Positions 41,085-51,557 are shown, counted from the first letter of the stretch. The stretch: 64,000 bases of DNA from a virus (IMGVR_UViG_3300046168_000072:57276-121275), one strand, 5' to 3'. The notes: generated by a model from the letters alone, not told the origin. Numbers and translations: made by a program.

Positions 41085-43547
41085 TTATTGACAGCTTTCG
41101 CAAATTTCACCGTTTTTCATAGCTTCGATACTGCAAGCTGATGGCTCAGATTCGGATTCTGACTGAGTTTCATTAGATTTTTCGACTTTACTTGCCGCTC
41201 TATTCCTTAAGTAATATGTAGTCTTTAATCCAGCTTCCCAGCTAGCCATATAAATATCATTTAAATATTTTAAAGATGTCGTTTTATTGTATAAATTAAA
41301 ACTAACTGCTTGATCGATCCATTTTTGTCGCACAGAGTTGCATTCAATTAATTTTAACATGTCACGATCAAAAGCTGTCTTATACTTTTCTTTGAGGTCG
41401 TTGGGAATTTTGTCATTTAAGAGCGATAAATCGCCATCAACGCTCTTTACCATTGTTGATATTTCAATAGACCATAAGTCTCTATTTTTCATATCATTCA
41501 CGAAGTGTTCATTGGTAATAAAAAAGTTTCCACTTTTATTTTCATAAACAAACAGAACGGAAAAGTTTGGCTCGATACTTTGTTCTATCCCATTGATATA
41601 ACCAATAGTGGCAGTTGGGGCAATAGCCATAACATTAGAATTTCTCATTCCAAATTCAGAGATATGCTTTCTGACTTTAGTCCATTCGTTTAAAGACTCT
41701 GACGACTTAAGTTTATTACCTCTATAATCCATTAAGTTGTTGTGAGAATCAACAGGCAAAATATCCTGACTCCATAATGATCCTTGATAAGTTTCATAAG
41801 ACCCTTTTTCTTTTGCTAGTTTTGAGCTGGCATAAATGGCGTGACAAGAATAAAACTCAAATAATTTATCATTAAACTTCACGGCTTCATCGCTATCGAT
41901 TTGAATGTCAAGCATATGAAGTATATCATGAAGTCCCATCATTCCTAATCCAATAGGCCTATGTCTTAGATTAGAATTAGCCGCTTCTTTTGTTGGATAA
42001 AAATTTAAATCAATAACATTATCTAAAATTCTAATTGCTGTATGAATGGTTGATTCTAATTTTTTATAATCAATCGCATAATTAGATGAGCCATGAGTTG
42101 TTTTTTCAATTAAATGATTTTTTAAATTCACTGACCCTAGATTGCAGACTGCTGTTTCGCCAATTTCAACTTTTTCTCCGCTTTTATATTTGGAGGATTT
42201 AGTATGTAATGTAATCTCCGTACAAAGATTTGAGCTGCGAACTGCTCCTTCGTGTTGGTTTGTATACCTAATATTGCATGGATCTTTAAATGTATTCCAT
42301 GGATGAGATGTTTCAAATAATACCTTGAGCATTTTTTTCCATAGCTCTTTGGCAGGAGTTATTCTATAATTTTTTATCAAACCCTCTTCTGCATCTTCGC
42401 ATAACTTATTGTAGCGATTATCAAATTCTGCCCCAAAACAATCGTGAAGACTTTTACCATTTTCATCTTCAGTATCTCTAGGATCAAAGAAATACCAGAC
42501 ATCTTGATTTTTTACTCGACGCATGAACTCATCAGGAATCCAAGAAGCGGTATTCATATCATGGCATCGAAGTCGATCATCACCAGTGTTTCTTCTGAGA
42601 TTTAAAAAGTCTTCAAAATCCAGGTGCCAAGGTTCTAGGTATGCACAGCCAGCACCTGGCCTTTTACCTCCTTGATTAACTGCTACCAGAAGATCGTTGT
42701 ATATTTTAAGCCAAGGAACAAGGCCGCTAGATATGCCATTAGTTCCCTGAATATGAGAGCCTGTAGAACGAAAAGGGGTAACATCGAGACCAAGGCCACC
42801 AGCGTACTTTGATTTGCGAGCTTCTTGCCAAGCACCGTCAAAAATACCGTCAATGCTATCATCAAAAGTATTAAGGTAGCAAGAACTAAGCTGTGAGTGA
42901 GTAGTTCCACTGTTAAAGAGAGTTGGAGTTGAGGGGGTGTATAAAAATTGACTAAATAAGTTATAAAATTCTATAGCCTTTTCATTTTTGTTTTCTTCGT
43001 TTATCGCAAGACCCATAGCCACGCGCATCCAAAAAGCTTGTGGGGATTCCATTACTTTTCCATCTTGCCTAATAAAATAGCGATCATACAGAATTTGTAT
43101 GCCTAGATATTTAAATTGATCATCTCTTCTGATCTTTAAAGCTTCTGATAGCATTTTTAGATCAAAATCAAGTAGCGATGCAGATAATCTACCTTCCTTG
43201 ACTAATTTTTTTATGTTTTGAATGAAAGCTTTCCTATACTGAAGCTTGAATGTATCTGAATCAACACCTTCTTTAAACACTTCTTTGTATAAGCAGTTTA
43301 ATAATAATTTGGCGGCAGCATATGAGTAGCTAGGTTCTTTTTCAATTTTTTCTCGAGCTGAAAGGATGAGGGCTTTATCAATTTCAGAGGTAGTGATTTT
43401 ATCATATAATTGAAGTTGCGCGTCGAGTACGATTTCGCTAGCAGATACTTCTGGCATGTCTTCACATGCTCTTTGCGCACTAGCATTAATTTTATCAACT
43501 TCAAAATTTTCTAGTCTACCGTTTCTTTTTTTTACTTTAATGTTCAT
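41085..43547 (-). CDS. nrdA: Ribonucleotide reductase class I alpha subunit with N-terminal ATP cone
   Basis: VKKRNG ATP cone, PSTPTLFN, LSSCY, SSNLCTEI, VCNLGS, APTATI, TTYYLR and a C-terminal C...CxxC tail. Confidence 0.97.
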   Translation of the reverse strand: MNIKVKKRNGRLENFEVDKINASAQRACEDMPEVSASEIVLDAQLQLYDKITTSEIDKALILSAREKIEKEPSYSYAAAKLLLNCLYKEVFKEGVDSDTFKLQYRKAFIQNIKKLVKEGRLSASLLDFDLKMLSEALKIRRDDQFKYLGIQILYDRYFIRQDGKVMESPQAFWMRVAMGLAINEENKNEKAIEFYNLFSQFLYTPSTPTLFNSGTTHSQLSSCYLNTFDDSIDGIFDGAWQEARKSKYAGGLGLDVTPFRSTGSHIQGTNGISSGLVPWLKIYNDLLVAVNQGGKRPGAGCAYLEPWHLDFEDFLNLRRNTGDDRLRCHDMNTASWIPDEFMRRVKNQDVWYFFDPRDTEDENGKSLHDCFGAEFDNRYNKLCEDAEEGLIKNYRITPAKELWKKMLKVLFETSHPWNTFKDPCNIRYTNQHEGAVRSSNLCTEITLHTKSSKYKSGEKVEIGETAVCNLGSVNLKNHLIEKTTHGSSNYAIDYKKLESTIHTAIRILDNVIDLNFYPTKEAANSNLRHRPIGLGMMGLHDILHMLDIQIDSDEAVKFNDKLFEFYSCHAIYASSKLAKEKGSYETYQGSLWSQDILPVDSHNNLMDYRGNKLKSSESLNEWTKVRKHISEFGMRNSNVMAIAPTATIGYINGIEQSIEPNFSVLFVYENKSGNFFITNEHFVNDMKNRDLWSIEISTMVKSVDGDLSLLNDKIPNDLKEKYKTAFDRDMLKLIECNSVRQKWIDQAVSFNLYNKTTSLKYLNDIYMASWEAGLKTTYYLRNRAASKVEKSNETQSESESEPSACSIEAMKNGEICESCQ

Positions 43548-43564
43548 TTGTGAGTATGGGAAAT

Positions 43565-43593
43565 ATCATAGCATAAAAAGCTTGGTAATACAA
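43565..43593 (-). promoter_or_regulatory. Sigma70-type promoter for nrdA
   Basis: TTGTAT-N17-TATGAT with a TG extended -10, 17 nt upstream of ATG. Confidence 0.55.
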
Positions 43594-43622
43594 GCTAAAT
43601 ATGCAGAAGAGTTATTAACAAT

Positions 43623-44453
43623 TTATTTTTTGACTGCTGATTCTGATTTTGCCCAGTCTAGATCTTCTCTAACATCAAGATTTACTTCCCAGGCAGACTT
43701 CAGTAACTTAGGGTCTAAGCCATTTTTTTCAAAAGTTTTTATCAGGGCATTGATATCTTTAGGGAAGCAAGTTCCGCCAAAACCTTTATCTCCATCATGG
43801 CCAGGGACTTGAAAGTGAGATTGACCAATCCTTCTGTCTGTAATAACACCATTAACGATTGCATGCCAGTCAAGGCCCAACTTGCTGATCAAAGCATAAA
43901 CTTCATTAAAAAAGCTAACCTTTGTTGCGAAAAAACAATTAGCGATATACTTTACTGATTCAGATTCATCACTCTTCATTAATACAGTCTGAACGTTTGG
44001 AAAAGCTTGATTGAATAATTTAATCACTTTACCTCCCACGCTTTTCTTTTTTACGTAACCAACGATATGTCGATCTGCATTCAAGAAATCTTCTTTCGCA
44101 AATTTTGCAGTAAGGAACTCAGGAGAATGAACAATATTTAAATTAGGATGTTGTGCCTGCAACGATTTAGTAGTGCCAATTGGAACCGTAGATTTTATAA
44201 TAAAAGTAGCTTTTGATCCAATAGAATCAATTTCATCAAAACAAGATTCTATAATTGACAAATTACAATCTGCACCCATAGCATCTTTCATGGGAGTTGG
44301 CACACTAACAAAGACGAAATCTTGAGAGAGAGTATCTTCCAAAGAGTTTTTGGAAATATCTAGATTTTTATCAAATACTTTTACGTCATATTGTTTAAAT
44401 CCGTTTGCTACTGCGGAGCCAACGAAGCCATTGCCGATTACGCCAATTTTCAT
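43623..44453 (-). CDS. UDP-glucose/GDP-mannose dehydrogenase family (short form without the C-terminal domain)
   Basis: GNGFVG, VPTP, IKSTVPIGT, SPEFL and GFGGTCFPKD. Start at 44453 by ATGA overlap. Confidence 0.88.
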   Translation of the reverse strand: MKIGVIGNGFVGSAVANGFKQYDVKVFDKNLDISKNSLEDTLSQDFVFVSVPTPMKDAMGADCNLSIIESCFDEIDSIGSKATFIIKSTVPIGTTKSLQAQHPNLNIVHSPEFLTAKFAKEDFLNADRHIVGYVKKKSVGGKVIKLFNQAFPNVQTVLMKSDESESVKYIANCFFATKVSFFNEVYALISKLGLDWHAIVNGVITDRRIGQSHFQVPGHDGDKGFGGTCFPKDINALIKTFEKNGLDPKLLKSAWEVNLDVREDLDWAKSESAVKK

Positions 44454-45361
44454 TGTGGTTTGTTGGCCTCTACCCAATCTTCAAATACTTGAACTGGCTT
44501 CCATTTTAATAAAGTTTTAGCTTTTGTATTATCAGCCAAAGTTTCACGAGCTTCTCCAGGTCTAGCATCAATAAAAGTATGTTGACCGTCAACTAATTTA
44601 ACAATATCAAGAACGGAATGATTTTTTCCAGTCCCCAGATTAAACATTTCTCCAATGATTTTTTTGTTTTTTGATTCACCTGCTAAATACATAGCTTCAA
44701 CAATATCTTTAACATATGTATAATCTCTAGTCTGTAATCCATCTCCAACAACAGTCATTGATTTTCCAGCTTCTTTTTGTCTAAAAAATAATCCCACAAC
44801 AGGAGCATAATCCCCAGACAAAGGTTGGCGTTCGCCGTAAACATTGAAAAATCTAAATAAAACAGTTTCAATTCCAAAAAGTTTGGTATACATTTTGCAT
44901 AATTCCTCACAATTAGCCTTGCTTACTGAATATGGATTCAAGCAGTCATTGGGCATATCTTCTCTTAGTGGGATAGGATTAGCTAAACCGTAGCAAGAGG
45001 AAGTTCCAGCAAACATTACTCTTTTACAGTTGTTTAATCTGGCTGCTTGAAGAACATTTACTGTGCCAAGAGAATTATTTTTAACTGCATCAGATGGGTC
45101 TTGAACACAAATCTGAATGCGAGAACGGGCAGCTAAATGAAAAACTAAATCAACTCCTTTAAATAAAGGCTCTAGTTTGTCAAAATCACAAATATCAACT
45201 TTATGATTTTCGGTATCGTCTCTCCAATTAAATTGAGAATTGGCAGTAGAAGATTCATCGTCAACAACGATAACTTCGTGCCCAGCGCTTAATAATCTTT
45301 CAACCAAGTGACTGCCTATAAAGCCAGCACCTCCTGTAACTAAACATTTTTTCTTAGACAT
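44450..45361 (-). CDS. NAD-dependent nucleotide-sugar epimerase/dehydratase (GalE/WbpP-like)
   Basis: TGGAGFIGSH, HLAA, YSVSK, RFFNVYG and GDGLQTRDYTYV. Confidence 0.9.
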   Translation of the reverse strand: MSKKKCLVTGGAGFIGSHLVERLLSAGHEVIVVDDESSTANSQFNWRDDTENHKVDICDFDKLEPLFKGVDLVFHLAARSRIQICVQDPSDAVKNNSLGTVNVLQAARLNNCKRVMFAGTSSCYGLANPIPLREDMPNDCLNPYSVSKANCEELCKMYTKLFGIETVLFRFFNVYGERQPLSGDYAPVVGLFFRQKEAGKSMTVVGDGLQTRDYTYVKDIVEAMYLAGESKNKKIIGEMFNLGTGKNHSVLDIVKLVDGQHTFIDARPGEARETLADNTKAKTLLKWKPVQVFEDWVEANKPQ

Positions 45362-45378
45362 GTATTACTATACACAAT

Positions 45379-46335
45379 CTAACAATCAATTTTCAAATTT
45401 TTTATAAACCAACTGTAAGTTTTTTCGATTCCTTGTTTTAAATCATATTTTTGCCTAAAGCCCATCGATTTTATTCTCGTGTTATCCATTTTTTTTCTGA
45501 ATGTACCGTCTGGCTTTGATGAATCAAATACTACATCGCCTTGATAGCTTAAGCATGATTTGATTATTTTTGTAAGTTCTAATATAGAAACCTCATCATC
45601 TGAACCACAGTTTAAATGCGATACACCTTCGGAATAAACCTTATCTGCTGATACATTTTCTAAACAATAAGTTACAGCTTCAGCCAAGTCGTCAACAAAA
45701 AGAAACTCTCTTAAGGGCTTTCCGCTGCCCCAAACCTCTACAGATTGAGCGCCTGATTCGCGAGCGCAATATATTTTATTTATTAAAGCTGGCAATACAT
45801 GTGATGTTTGTAAATCGAAATTATCTCTTGGTCCATATAGATTGCATGGCATTACGGAATAAAAATCGCTACCATATTGTTTGTAAAAACTTTCGCACAT
45901 TTTAAGTGCAGCTATTTTTGCAATAGCATATGGCTCATTTGTGATTTCTAATTCTCCAGTCAATAAGTATTCTTCTTTAATTGGTATTTTTGCATCACGT
46001 GGATAAATACATGAAGAGCCTAAATTAATTAATTTTCCCACAGAATGATCATGTGATGCTTTTATGATATTCGATGCAATCTGTAAATTATCATATATGA
46101 AATCTGCACGATATGTATTATTAGCTAATATACCTCCAACTTTTGCGGCGCATAAAATAACATAATCTATCTCTTCATTTTTAAAAAAAGTATCAACAGC
46201 TTTTTGATTCAATAAATCAAGATCTTGTCTTGTTCTTGTTGTTATGTTTGTGTAGCCTTTTGATTTTAAATTATCAACAACCGCAGAACCAACCATTCCA
46301 CGATGACCAGCTACGAAGATTTTTTTATCTTTCAC
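45379..46335 (-). CDS. fcl: GDP-L-fucose synthase
   Basis: GHRGMVGSA, AAKVGGILAN, LGSSCIYP, TNEPYAIAK, SHVLPAL and WGSGKPLREFL. GTG start at 46335 overlaps the gmd stop. Confidence 0.95.
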   Translation of the reverse strand: MKDKKIFVAGHRGMVGSAVVDNLKSKGYTNITTRTRQDLDLLNQKAVDTFFKNEEIDYVILCAAKVGGILANNTYRADFIYDNLQIASNIIKASHDHSVGKLINLGSSCIYPRDAKIPIKEEYLLTGELEITNEPYAIAKIAALKMCESFYKQYGSDFYSVMPCNLYGPRDNFDLQTSHVLPALINKIYCARESGAQSVEVWGSGKPLREFLFVDDLAEAVTYCLENVSADKVYSEGVSHLNCGSDDEVSILELTKIIKSCLSYQGDVVFDSSKPDGTFRKKMDNTRIKSMGFRQKYDLKQGIEKTYSWFIKNLKIDC

Positions 46336-47384
46336 TGAGAGAGTAATTTGTAATCGTTTTCGTACATTTTTTTGACAAGACCCAAGAATCCAGTTTTTCT
46401 TTTCCAGCCCATTTCTTGTTCTGCAAGAGAGCAGTCGCCACATAATTTATGAACTTCTGCAGGGCGATAAAATTTAGGGTTTACCTGAAAAAGTAAATTG
46501 CCATCTTTTGTATAATACTTTTCATTGTCTTCTGTACCCTTGGATATAAATTCTATACCTGCGCATTTTAAACTTTCATCAAGAAATTCTCTAACGCTGT
46601 GCATCTCGCCACTAGCTAATACATAATTTTTAGGCCGCTCTTGATTTAACATCATCCATACGCCTTCCATGAAATCTTCAGCATCAGTCCAGTCGCGCTT
46701 TGCATCGATATTTCCTAATTCTAATATTGGGATTTCTTTTTCCGCTTCAAGCGCATGCTTAATCTTGGCAACGCTATGACTAATCTTACGGGTTACAAAG
46801 TCTAAACCTCTTCTTGTGCCTTCGTGATTGAAAAGCCAGCCTTGTATTGCATACAGACCATAGGACTCGCGGTAAACTCTGACGATATGTCGAGCAGCAC
46901 ACTTTGCTGCGCCGTATGGAGATTGTGGACGCAAAGGATGCTCTTCATTTTGTGGGGTACAAACGACATCACCAAACTCTTCGGATGAACCAGCATTATA
47001 AAAACGACAGTGGGGAGCAAAGCGACGAATTGACTCTAGGATATGAAGGACTGAGTCGGCATCAGTATCCCATGTTTGTATCGGATAATCCCAGCTTCCT
47101 GCCACGAAAGATTGGGCGGCGAAGTTAATAAAGTAATCTGGTTGAATATCAATAATTACATCACGCATACTGTGCGCATCATTCAAATCCATATTGATCA
47201 ATTGGAATCGCGGCTCATTTTCTAAATGCAAAATGTTTTCATGGTTTTTTACGCTTAATCGGCGAACTGCTCCGTAAATCATGAAATCCGTTTTACCAAA
47301 TTCTTCTTGAAATAGCTTTAATAGATAGTCAGCCATATGACTACCGTCTTGACCTGTTACTCCAGTTATAATTATCTTTTTCAT
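46332..47384 (-). CDS. gmd: GDP-mannose 4,6-dehydratase
   Basis: ITGVTGQDGS, AAQSFV, SPYGAAK, LFNHE, FVTRKI, LGNIDAKRDW and YRPAEV. Confidence 0.95.
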   Translation of the reverse strand: MKKIIITGVTGQDGSHMADYLLKLFQEEFGKTDFMIYGAVRRLSVKNHENILHLENEPRFQLINMDLNDAHSMRDVIIDIQPDYFINFAAQSFVAGSWDYPIQTWDTDADSVLHILESIRRFAPHCRFYNAGSSEEFGDVVCTPQNEEHPLRPQSPYGAAKCAARHIVRVYRESYGLYAIQGWLFNHEGTRRGLDFVTRKISHSVAKIKHALEAEKEIPILELGNIDAKRDWTDAEDFMEGVWMMLNQERPKNYVLASGEMHSVREFLDESLKCAGIEFISKGTEDNEKYYTKDGNLLFQVNPKFYRPAEVHKLCGDCSLAEQEMGWKRKTGFLGLVKKMYENDYKLLSQ

Positions 47385-47385
47385 T

Positions 47386-48165
47386 CTATAATTGAATCCA
47401 TTCTTGAGGTTTTGTATTAGATGTATCTTCTCTATCGCCAAACCATTGTTTTGGGAATACTACTTTTTTATTTTTATCTTGATTAAGCCATGCACCCATC
47501 CAGCTAAAAGAGCTGTTTGCAATAATATTGTTTTTACATAAACTCATAAATTTTAAATCATTGATATTTGAATTATCTTCCATGAATACCATTTTTTCAA
47601 ATTTAAAATTTTCTTTGCACCAACTTATGTCATCAGAGAATATAAAAAGGTTTCCTTTAGGTTGAATAATATCAAGAGCTTTTTGGTAATAATCAATTGG
47701 TTGAATAGTATGTATATGGGGTACGTTTAAATAATCGCCGCGCCTAACATGTAAAGAACAAGAGTCTTTAAAGTTAAAGTCGTGATCAATATTAAAATCA
47801 ATACAAGATAAGATGTCTTCTCTTATATCTTGTATGTATTTTTCATTCTGCCAATAGCCAACAAAATAATAAGAATACTGATCGTTATAATCAAAATTTA
47901 AATAAGAACGCGGTTCATTAATAACCTGTTGAGGTTTTGATTGAAATTTATTAACAACCTCTTGAGTAATTAGTGGTATTTCTATATTTAATAAATTAGG
48001 TAAACAAAAATCCCTAACGTCAATTCTTTTATCCAGATAATTTTCGTGTTGAAAAAAACTAATATCATAATAAACTTTTGTATTATTTTTTTTAGAAAGT
48101 GAATGACCAAAAGCCCATTGGAATAGTTGATTGCAAAGGCCGCCTTGTATTTTAATTATTATCAT
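47386..48165 (-). CDS. GT11 alpha-1,2-fucosyltransferase
   Basis: GGLCNQLFQ, GYWQNEKY, HVRRGDY, FSDD and IANSSFSW. Confidence 0.92.
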   Translation of the reverse strand: MIIIKIQGGLCNQLFQWAFGHSLSKKNNTKVYYDISFFQHENYLDKRIDVRDFCLPNLLNIEIPLITQEVVNKFQSKPQQVINEPRSYLNFDYNDQYSYYFVGYWQNEKYIQDIREDILSCIDFNIDHDFNFKDSCSLHVRRGDYLNVPHIHTIQPIDYYQKALDIIQPKGNLFIFSDDISWCKENFKFEKMVFMEDNSNINDLKFMSLCKNNIIANSSFSWMGAWLNQDKNKKVVFPKQWFGDREDTSNTKPQEWIQL

Positions 48166-48802
48166 TATTAAATGTTTTATTGAAGCATACAATGTTTGAA
48201 TATTGATAGTGATCTTCGAAATTTTCTATAGTTGTCATCCCGTTTTTGTTTAAATAAGAAAAGCTATGAAATCCCATTTCTTTTAAATAATTTATAATTT
48301 CAAGTAAACTAATTCCTGCATCTTTGAATGTCCCACCGTATTCGAATTGTATTATTTGAACTATATTTAATCTTTCACCGAAACCTTTTATTACATTAAA
48401 TTCGAAACCTTCAGTGTCTATTTTTAGAAAATTTATTTTATCGATATTATTTTTGTCTACATAGCTTTTTGCAGTTCTTGTTTTAAAGATTTGTACAGAA
48501 CTATTTTTTTTGGTAGTTCCGCTTCTATCAACGAAGGATTGATAATCATCAAAATAGTTTAATTCACACTCTTTATTGGAAAGCCCGAAGTCATTAAAAA
48601 AGCTTTTAGAATTTTTATTCTCCAGATGCTTCAATTGATTCATGAATTTTTTGTTTGGATCAAAGTAATGTACATCGCAGGTACAATTTCTGAATAAACT
48701 GTCATTCCTACAGCCTACATCAAAAACAATAGAAAGATCGCTTTTTATTTTGTTGAAGAAATATAATTCTCCGTTCGTATTTGCATTACAATTATTAAAC
48801 AT
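48152..48802 (-). CDS. FkbM family methyltransferase
   Basis: FDVGC, LKIDTEGFE and IQFEYG. Confidence 0.85.
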   Translation of the reverse strand: MFNNCNANTNGELYFFNKIKSDLSIVFDVGCRNDSLFRNCTCDVHYFDPNKKFMNQLKHLENKNSKSFFNDFGLSNKECELNYFDDYQSFVDRSGTTKKNSSVQIFKTRTAKSYVDKNNIDKINFLKIDTEGFEFNVIKGFGERLNIVQIIQFEYGGTFKDAGISLLEIINYLKEMGFHSFSYLNKNGMTTIENFEDHYQYSNIVCFNKTFNNDNN

Positions 48803-48804
48803 CT

Positions 48805-49419
48805 TTATCTAATATACAGGGCGTCACCCCATTCGTATTGAGTCATATAGGTTTCTTTTCTTTCGAATGAAAAATCAGACAAAAACTCATCAATTTCATT
48901 GATTAAGCAGCAGTCTTTGTATATGTAGTTAGTGTTCACTTCGGTATAAATGTATTTTACGGATGATAGGGTGTCGCCGAAACCTTTTAATGCAAGCAAT
49001 TCAGCGCCTTGGATATCTAAATTGATAAAATCAAAATTTTTGATATTAATTGAGTTTTCTCGCATCAAAGTATCCATTCTTTTTGAATTTACTTTTATAG
49101 TTTCGGTTACATGTATTTGTGGATGATGAATCTTATGCAAATGCAAATCTAATATTGAGCTAGATTCTCCATTGTTCGTTAAATTAAAGTTATAAACTTG
49201 ATCGTCTTTATCTAAGATTGCATATTGAAAGATCCTTTCTGAATCAGATATTAATGATTGGTTGTGTTCGACGAGTTTAGGGTTAGCCTCGATCCATATA
49301 ATGTCGTTAATGTTGTTCGCTAAATAACCTTCTCGCTCTTCCATTTTGTGAGCACCAATATGGATAACTCCATTAGGCGATCCATATTTAGATACAATGT
49401 TTGAAAATTTTATATACAT
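48805..49419 (-). CDS. FkbM family methyltransferase
   Basis: HIGAH, WIEAN, NLDIQGAELLAL, YTEV and WGDALY. Confidence 0.88.
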   Translation of the reverse strand: MYIKFSNIVSKYGSPNGVIHIGAHKMEEREGYLANNINDIIWIEANPKLVEHNQSLISDSERIFQYAILDKDDQVYNFNLTNNGESSSILDLHLHKIHHPQIHVTETIKVNSKRMDTLMRENSINIKNFDFINLDIQGAELLALKGFGDTLSSVKYIYTEVNTNYIYKDCCLINEIDEFLSDFSFERKETYMTQYEWGDALYIR

Positions 49420-50060
49420 TATAGTATTTGGCTTATATTAAATGATTTAGTGTTAAAATTACTTTCTTGATGTAGTCTGTGAAGAACTAGGTAATCGGGA
49501 ATGTTATAAAATTTATACTCTTTTCTTATAAGCTTAAGCCAGTAATCATAATCTATTAAGCCGTCTAAAGATTCATCCCACTCTATTCTTAAATCTTTTT
49601 TAAAAATTGCACTGCAGCTAATAATTTGATTAACACCTCCGAGGGAAAGTCTGATAATGTCATCATTTCCTGAAGTAATACTAGGTTGACCTGTAATTTG
49701 ATTGTTTTCGTTTATATATTTACAAAAAGTACCTATGCAATCATATTCATTTGTTAAATATATTTGCTTTTCTAATTTTTGTGGTAGCCAAATATCGTCA
49801 TCATCTTGGGTTGCGCACCAATCATATCTAGCTTCTTTTATTAGTTTGTTGAGGGTTTTAGCTTTACCCTTATCTTCTTTATAGTCGAACACTTTAATCC
49901 TGTCGTCATTATAGGAGCTTACGATATTTTTTGAGGAATCGGTTGTCCCATTAAAGCCGATTAGAAGCTCCCAGTCTTTGAACGTCTGATTAATAATTGA
50001 ATCAATGCTTTGGCTGATATATTTTTCGCCATTGTAAACTGCTAGAAGAATTGAAATCAT
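49419..50060 (-). CDS. GT2 family glycosyltransferase
   Basis: SILLAVYNGE, QDDDDIW and DYDYW. Confidence 0.9.
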   Translation of the reverse strand: MISILLAVYNGEKYISQSIDSIINQTFKDWELLIGFNGTTDSSKNIVSSYNDDRIKVFDYKEDKGKAKTLNKLIKEARYDWCATQDDDDIWLPQKLEKQIYLTNEYDCIGTFCKYINENNQITGQPSITSGNDDIIRLSLGGVNQIISCSAIFKKDLRIEWDESLDGLIDYDYWLKLIRKEYKFYNIPDYLVLHRLHQESNFNTKSFNISQIL

Positions 50061-50740
50061 GATCTAATTTCTTTGTGGTTTTTATCAAGCGCTATAAGCC
50101 TTGGGGTAAATGGAGGTTTTAAGCTTTCTCCATAACAGTAACCTGGATCTAATATTTTCGTTGGTGGATTGTCGATAAAGTATCTATTTATATGAGACTC
50201 GTCGTGCCATATGGCAATGATATCATTATTGTAATCTTGTTGTATATTTTTAGATAAAATTTGAGACATTTTGAGGTACTCTTTCTTGCTGCCCTCCATT
50301 GAAACCTCCAGCAAAATACTGCATGCTCTCAAATTGAGAAACATAAGCTAATGAATTTGGATTTGTTTCTGGAGTTCCACGGCGCCCGTAAAGCCCTGGG
50401 TGCTGCGTAGCAACTCGATCACTTAATATTTCATCGGATACATCATTACAAAACTTCATATCGGCATCACAATAAAATAAATAATCCATATCATTGAAGT
50501 GATGCGAGTTCCTAGAAAAGATTTTTATATCTACCTAAAGTCATCCATGGCCATTCCTTATGAGTCGTATCAATTAGGTTTATTGGTCTAATAGAGCTTG
50601 CTTTAATGGATTTATGATTAGTGAAAATAAAATATTCTACATTTTGATTTGGCAAAAAAATGTTTATCTGCACTAGCCAATAAATCATCTAAGAATGAAA
50701 TATATTTATTTGTAGCGATTATAATGAGGCCTATCTTCAT
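50057..50740 (-). CDS. GT6 (ABO blood-group-type alpha-1,3-Gal/GalNAc transferase), broken by several frameshifts
   Basis: Pieces read MKIGLIIIATNKYISF...FIFTN, WPWMTL, DYLFYCDADMKF, HPG, YFAGGFNGG and WHDESHINRYF, which are hallmark GT6 motifs. Confidence 0.85.
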
Positions 50741-50741
50741 A

Positions 50742-51458
50742 TCAGTTAGACGCTAAGATAAAATCAATACATTTGTGTTCTATAGAATTAACTCCTTGCC
50801 TCTTATTGCATGTAACATTGTTTGAGATATAACTGAAATCATTATGCCAAACTGTATTATGCTTATCGAAGTGTATCTTTACGCCAGCTTCTTTAAGGCG
50901 CATAGAGAATTCTACATCTTCATTATGGGTAAAACCTCTAAACATGCCGTAAAAAGGGATATCATTATCCCAACATATTTTATTTAACAAAGACCTTTTG
51001 CTTACTGAGAAAGCTCCGCTTTGATAGAAAGTCACATCTTCTGATTCAAAGTCATAATCGACCATCATATGCGAAGGTAAGTAGGTAGCTCTATCCCAGT
51101 ACCTGCTTCCATCAGGCAGTAAAACTTTATTGCCCATAATTTGCCAGTCAGGGTTTTTTTTACAAAAATTCTTGAATTTAACTGCCCAATCTACATCAAA
51201 TATTATATCATCATCGCAGTGAACAAGTATATCTCCAGTAGTATTTTTGGTGCCTATGTTTTTTCTTGCGCCCAGGAATTCTTTCTTCTCCTCATCGCTA
51301 ACCGCATTTACATTCAGGCTGGACAGGTCAGGTATATTATTCCCGACAACGCATATTTCGTGATCGAGTTTATTTTTGCATGTTCGATTTATTGAATTTA
51401 TGCAATCAATTAGTTTTTCAGGCTTATCCCCAATGGTTAATATTACAAAAGATATCAT
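50742..51458 (-). CDS. GT2 family glycosyltransferase
   Basis: ISFVI, GARKNIG, HCDDDI and EDVEFS. Confidence 0.82.
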   Translation of the reverse strand: MISFVILTIGDKPEKLIDCINSINRTCKNKLDHEICVVGNNIPDLSSLNVNAVSDEEKKEFLGARKNIGTKNTTGDILVHCDDDIIFDVDWAVKFKNFCKKNPDWQIMGNKVLLPDGSRYWDRATYLPSHMMVDYDFESEDVTFYQSGAFSVSKRSLLNKICWDNDIPFYGMFRGFTHNEDVEFSMRLKEAGVKIHFDKHNTVWHNDFSYISNNVTCNKRQGVNSIEHKCIDFILASN

Positions 51459-51469
51459 CGAGTCTCCCG

Positions 51470-51498
51470 ATAATAACAAATTCAAAATGAAAAATCAA
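51470..51498 (-). promoter_or_regulatory. Sigma70-type promoter heading the right-hand glycan operon
   Basis: TTGATT-N17-TATTAT with a TG extended -10, 11 nt upstream of ATG 51458. Confidence 0.55.
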
Positions 51499-51529
51499 GT
51501 AAAATTTTCGCGCAATTTTTATTTCTTTA

Positions 51530-51557
51530 TTGACATATATGAAATATATTATATAAT
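51530..51557 (+). promoter_or_regulatory. Consensus sigma70-type promoter in the AT-rich divergent gap
   Basis: TTGACA-N16-TATAAT. Confidence 0.5.

Noticed and set aside
12083-51458. Bacterial chromosomal capsule/O-antigen locus or eukaryotic giant virus
   Set aside because: No wzx/wzy/ABC export or housekeeping context. Sigma70 promoters, a sigma factor, bacterial-type SSB, overlapping operon genes and fibre motifs point to a tailed phage. No terminase or capsid gene is in this window, so the call is strong but indirect.
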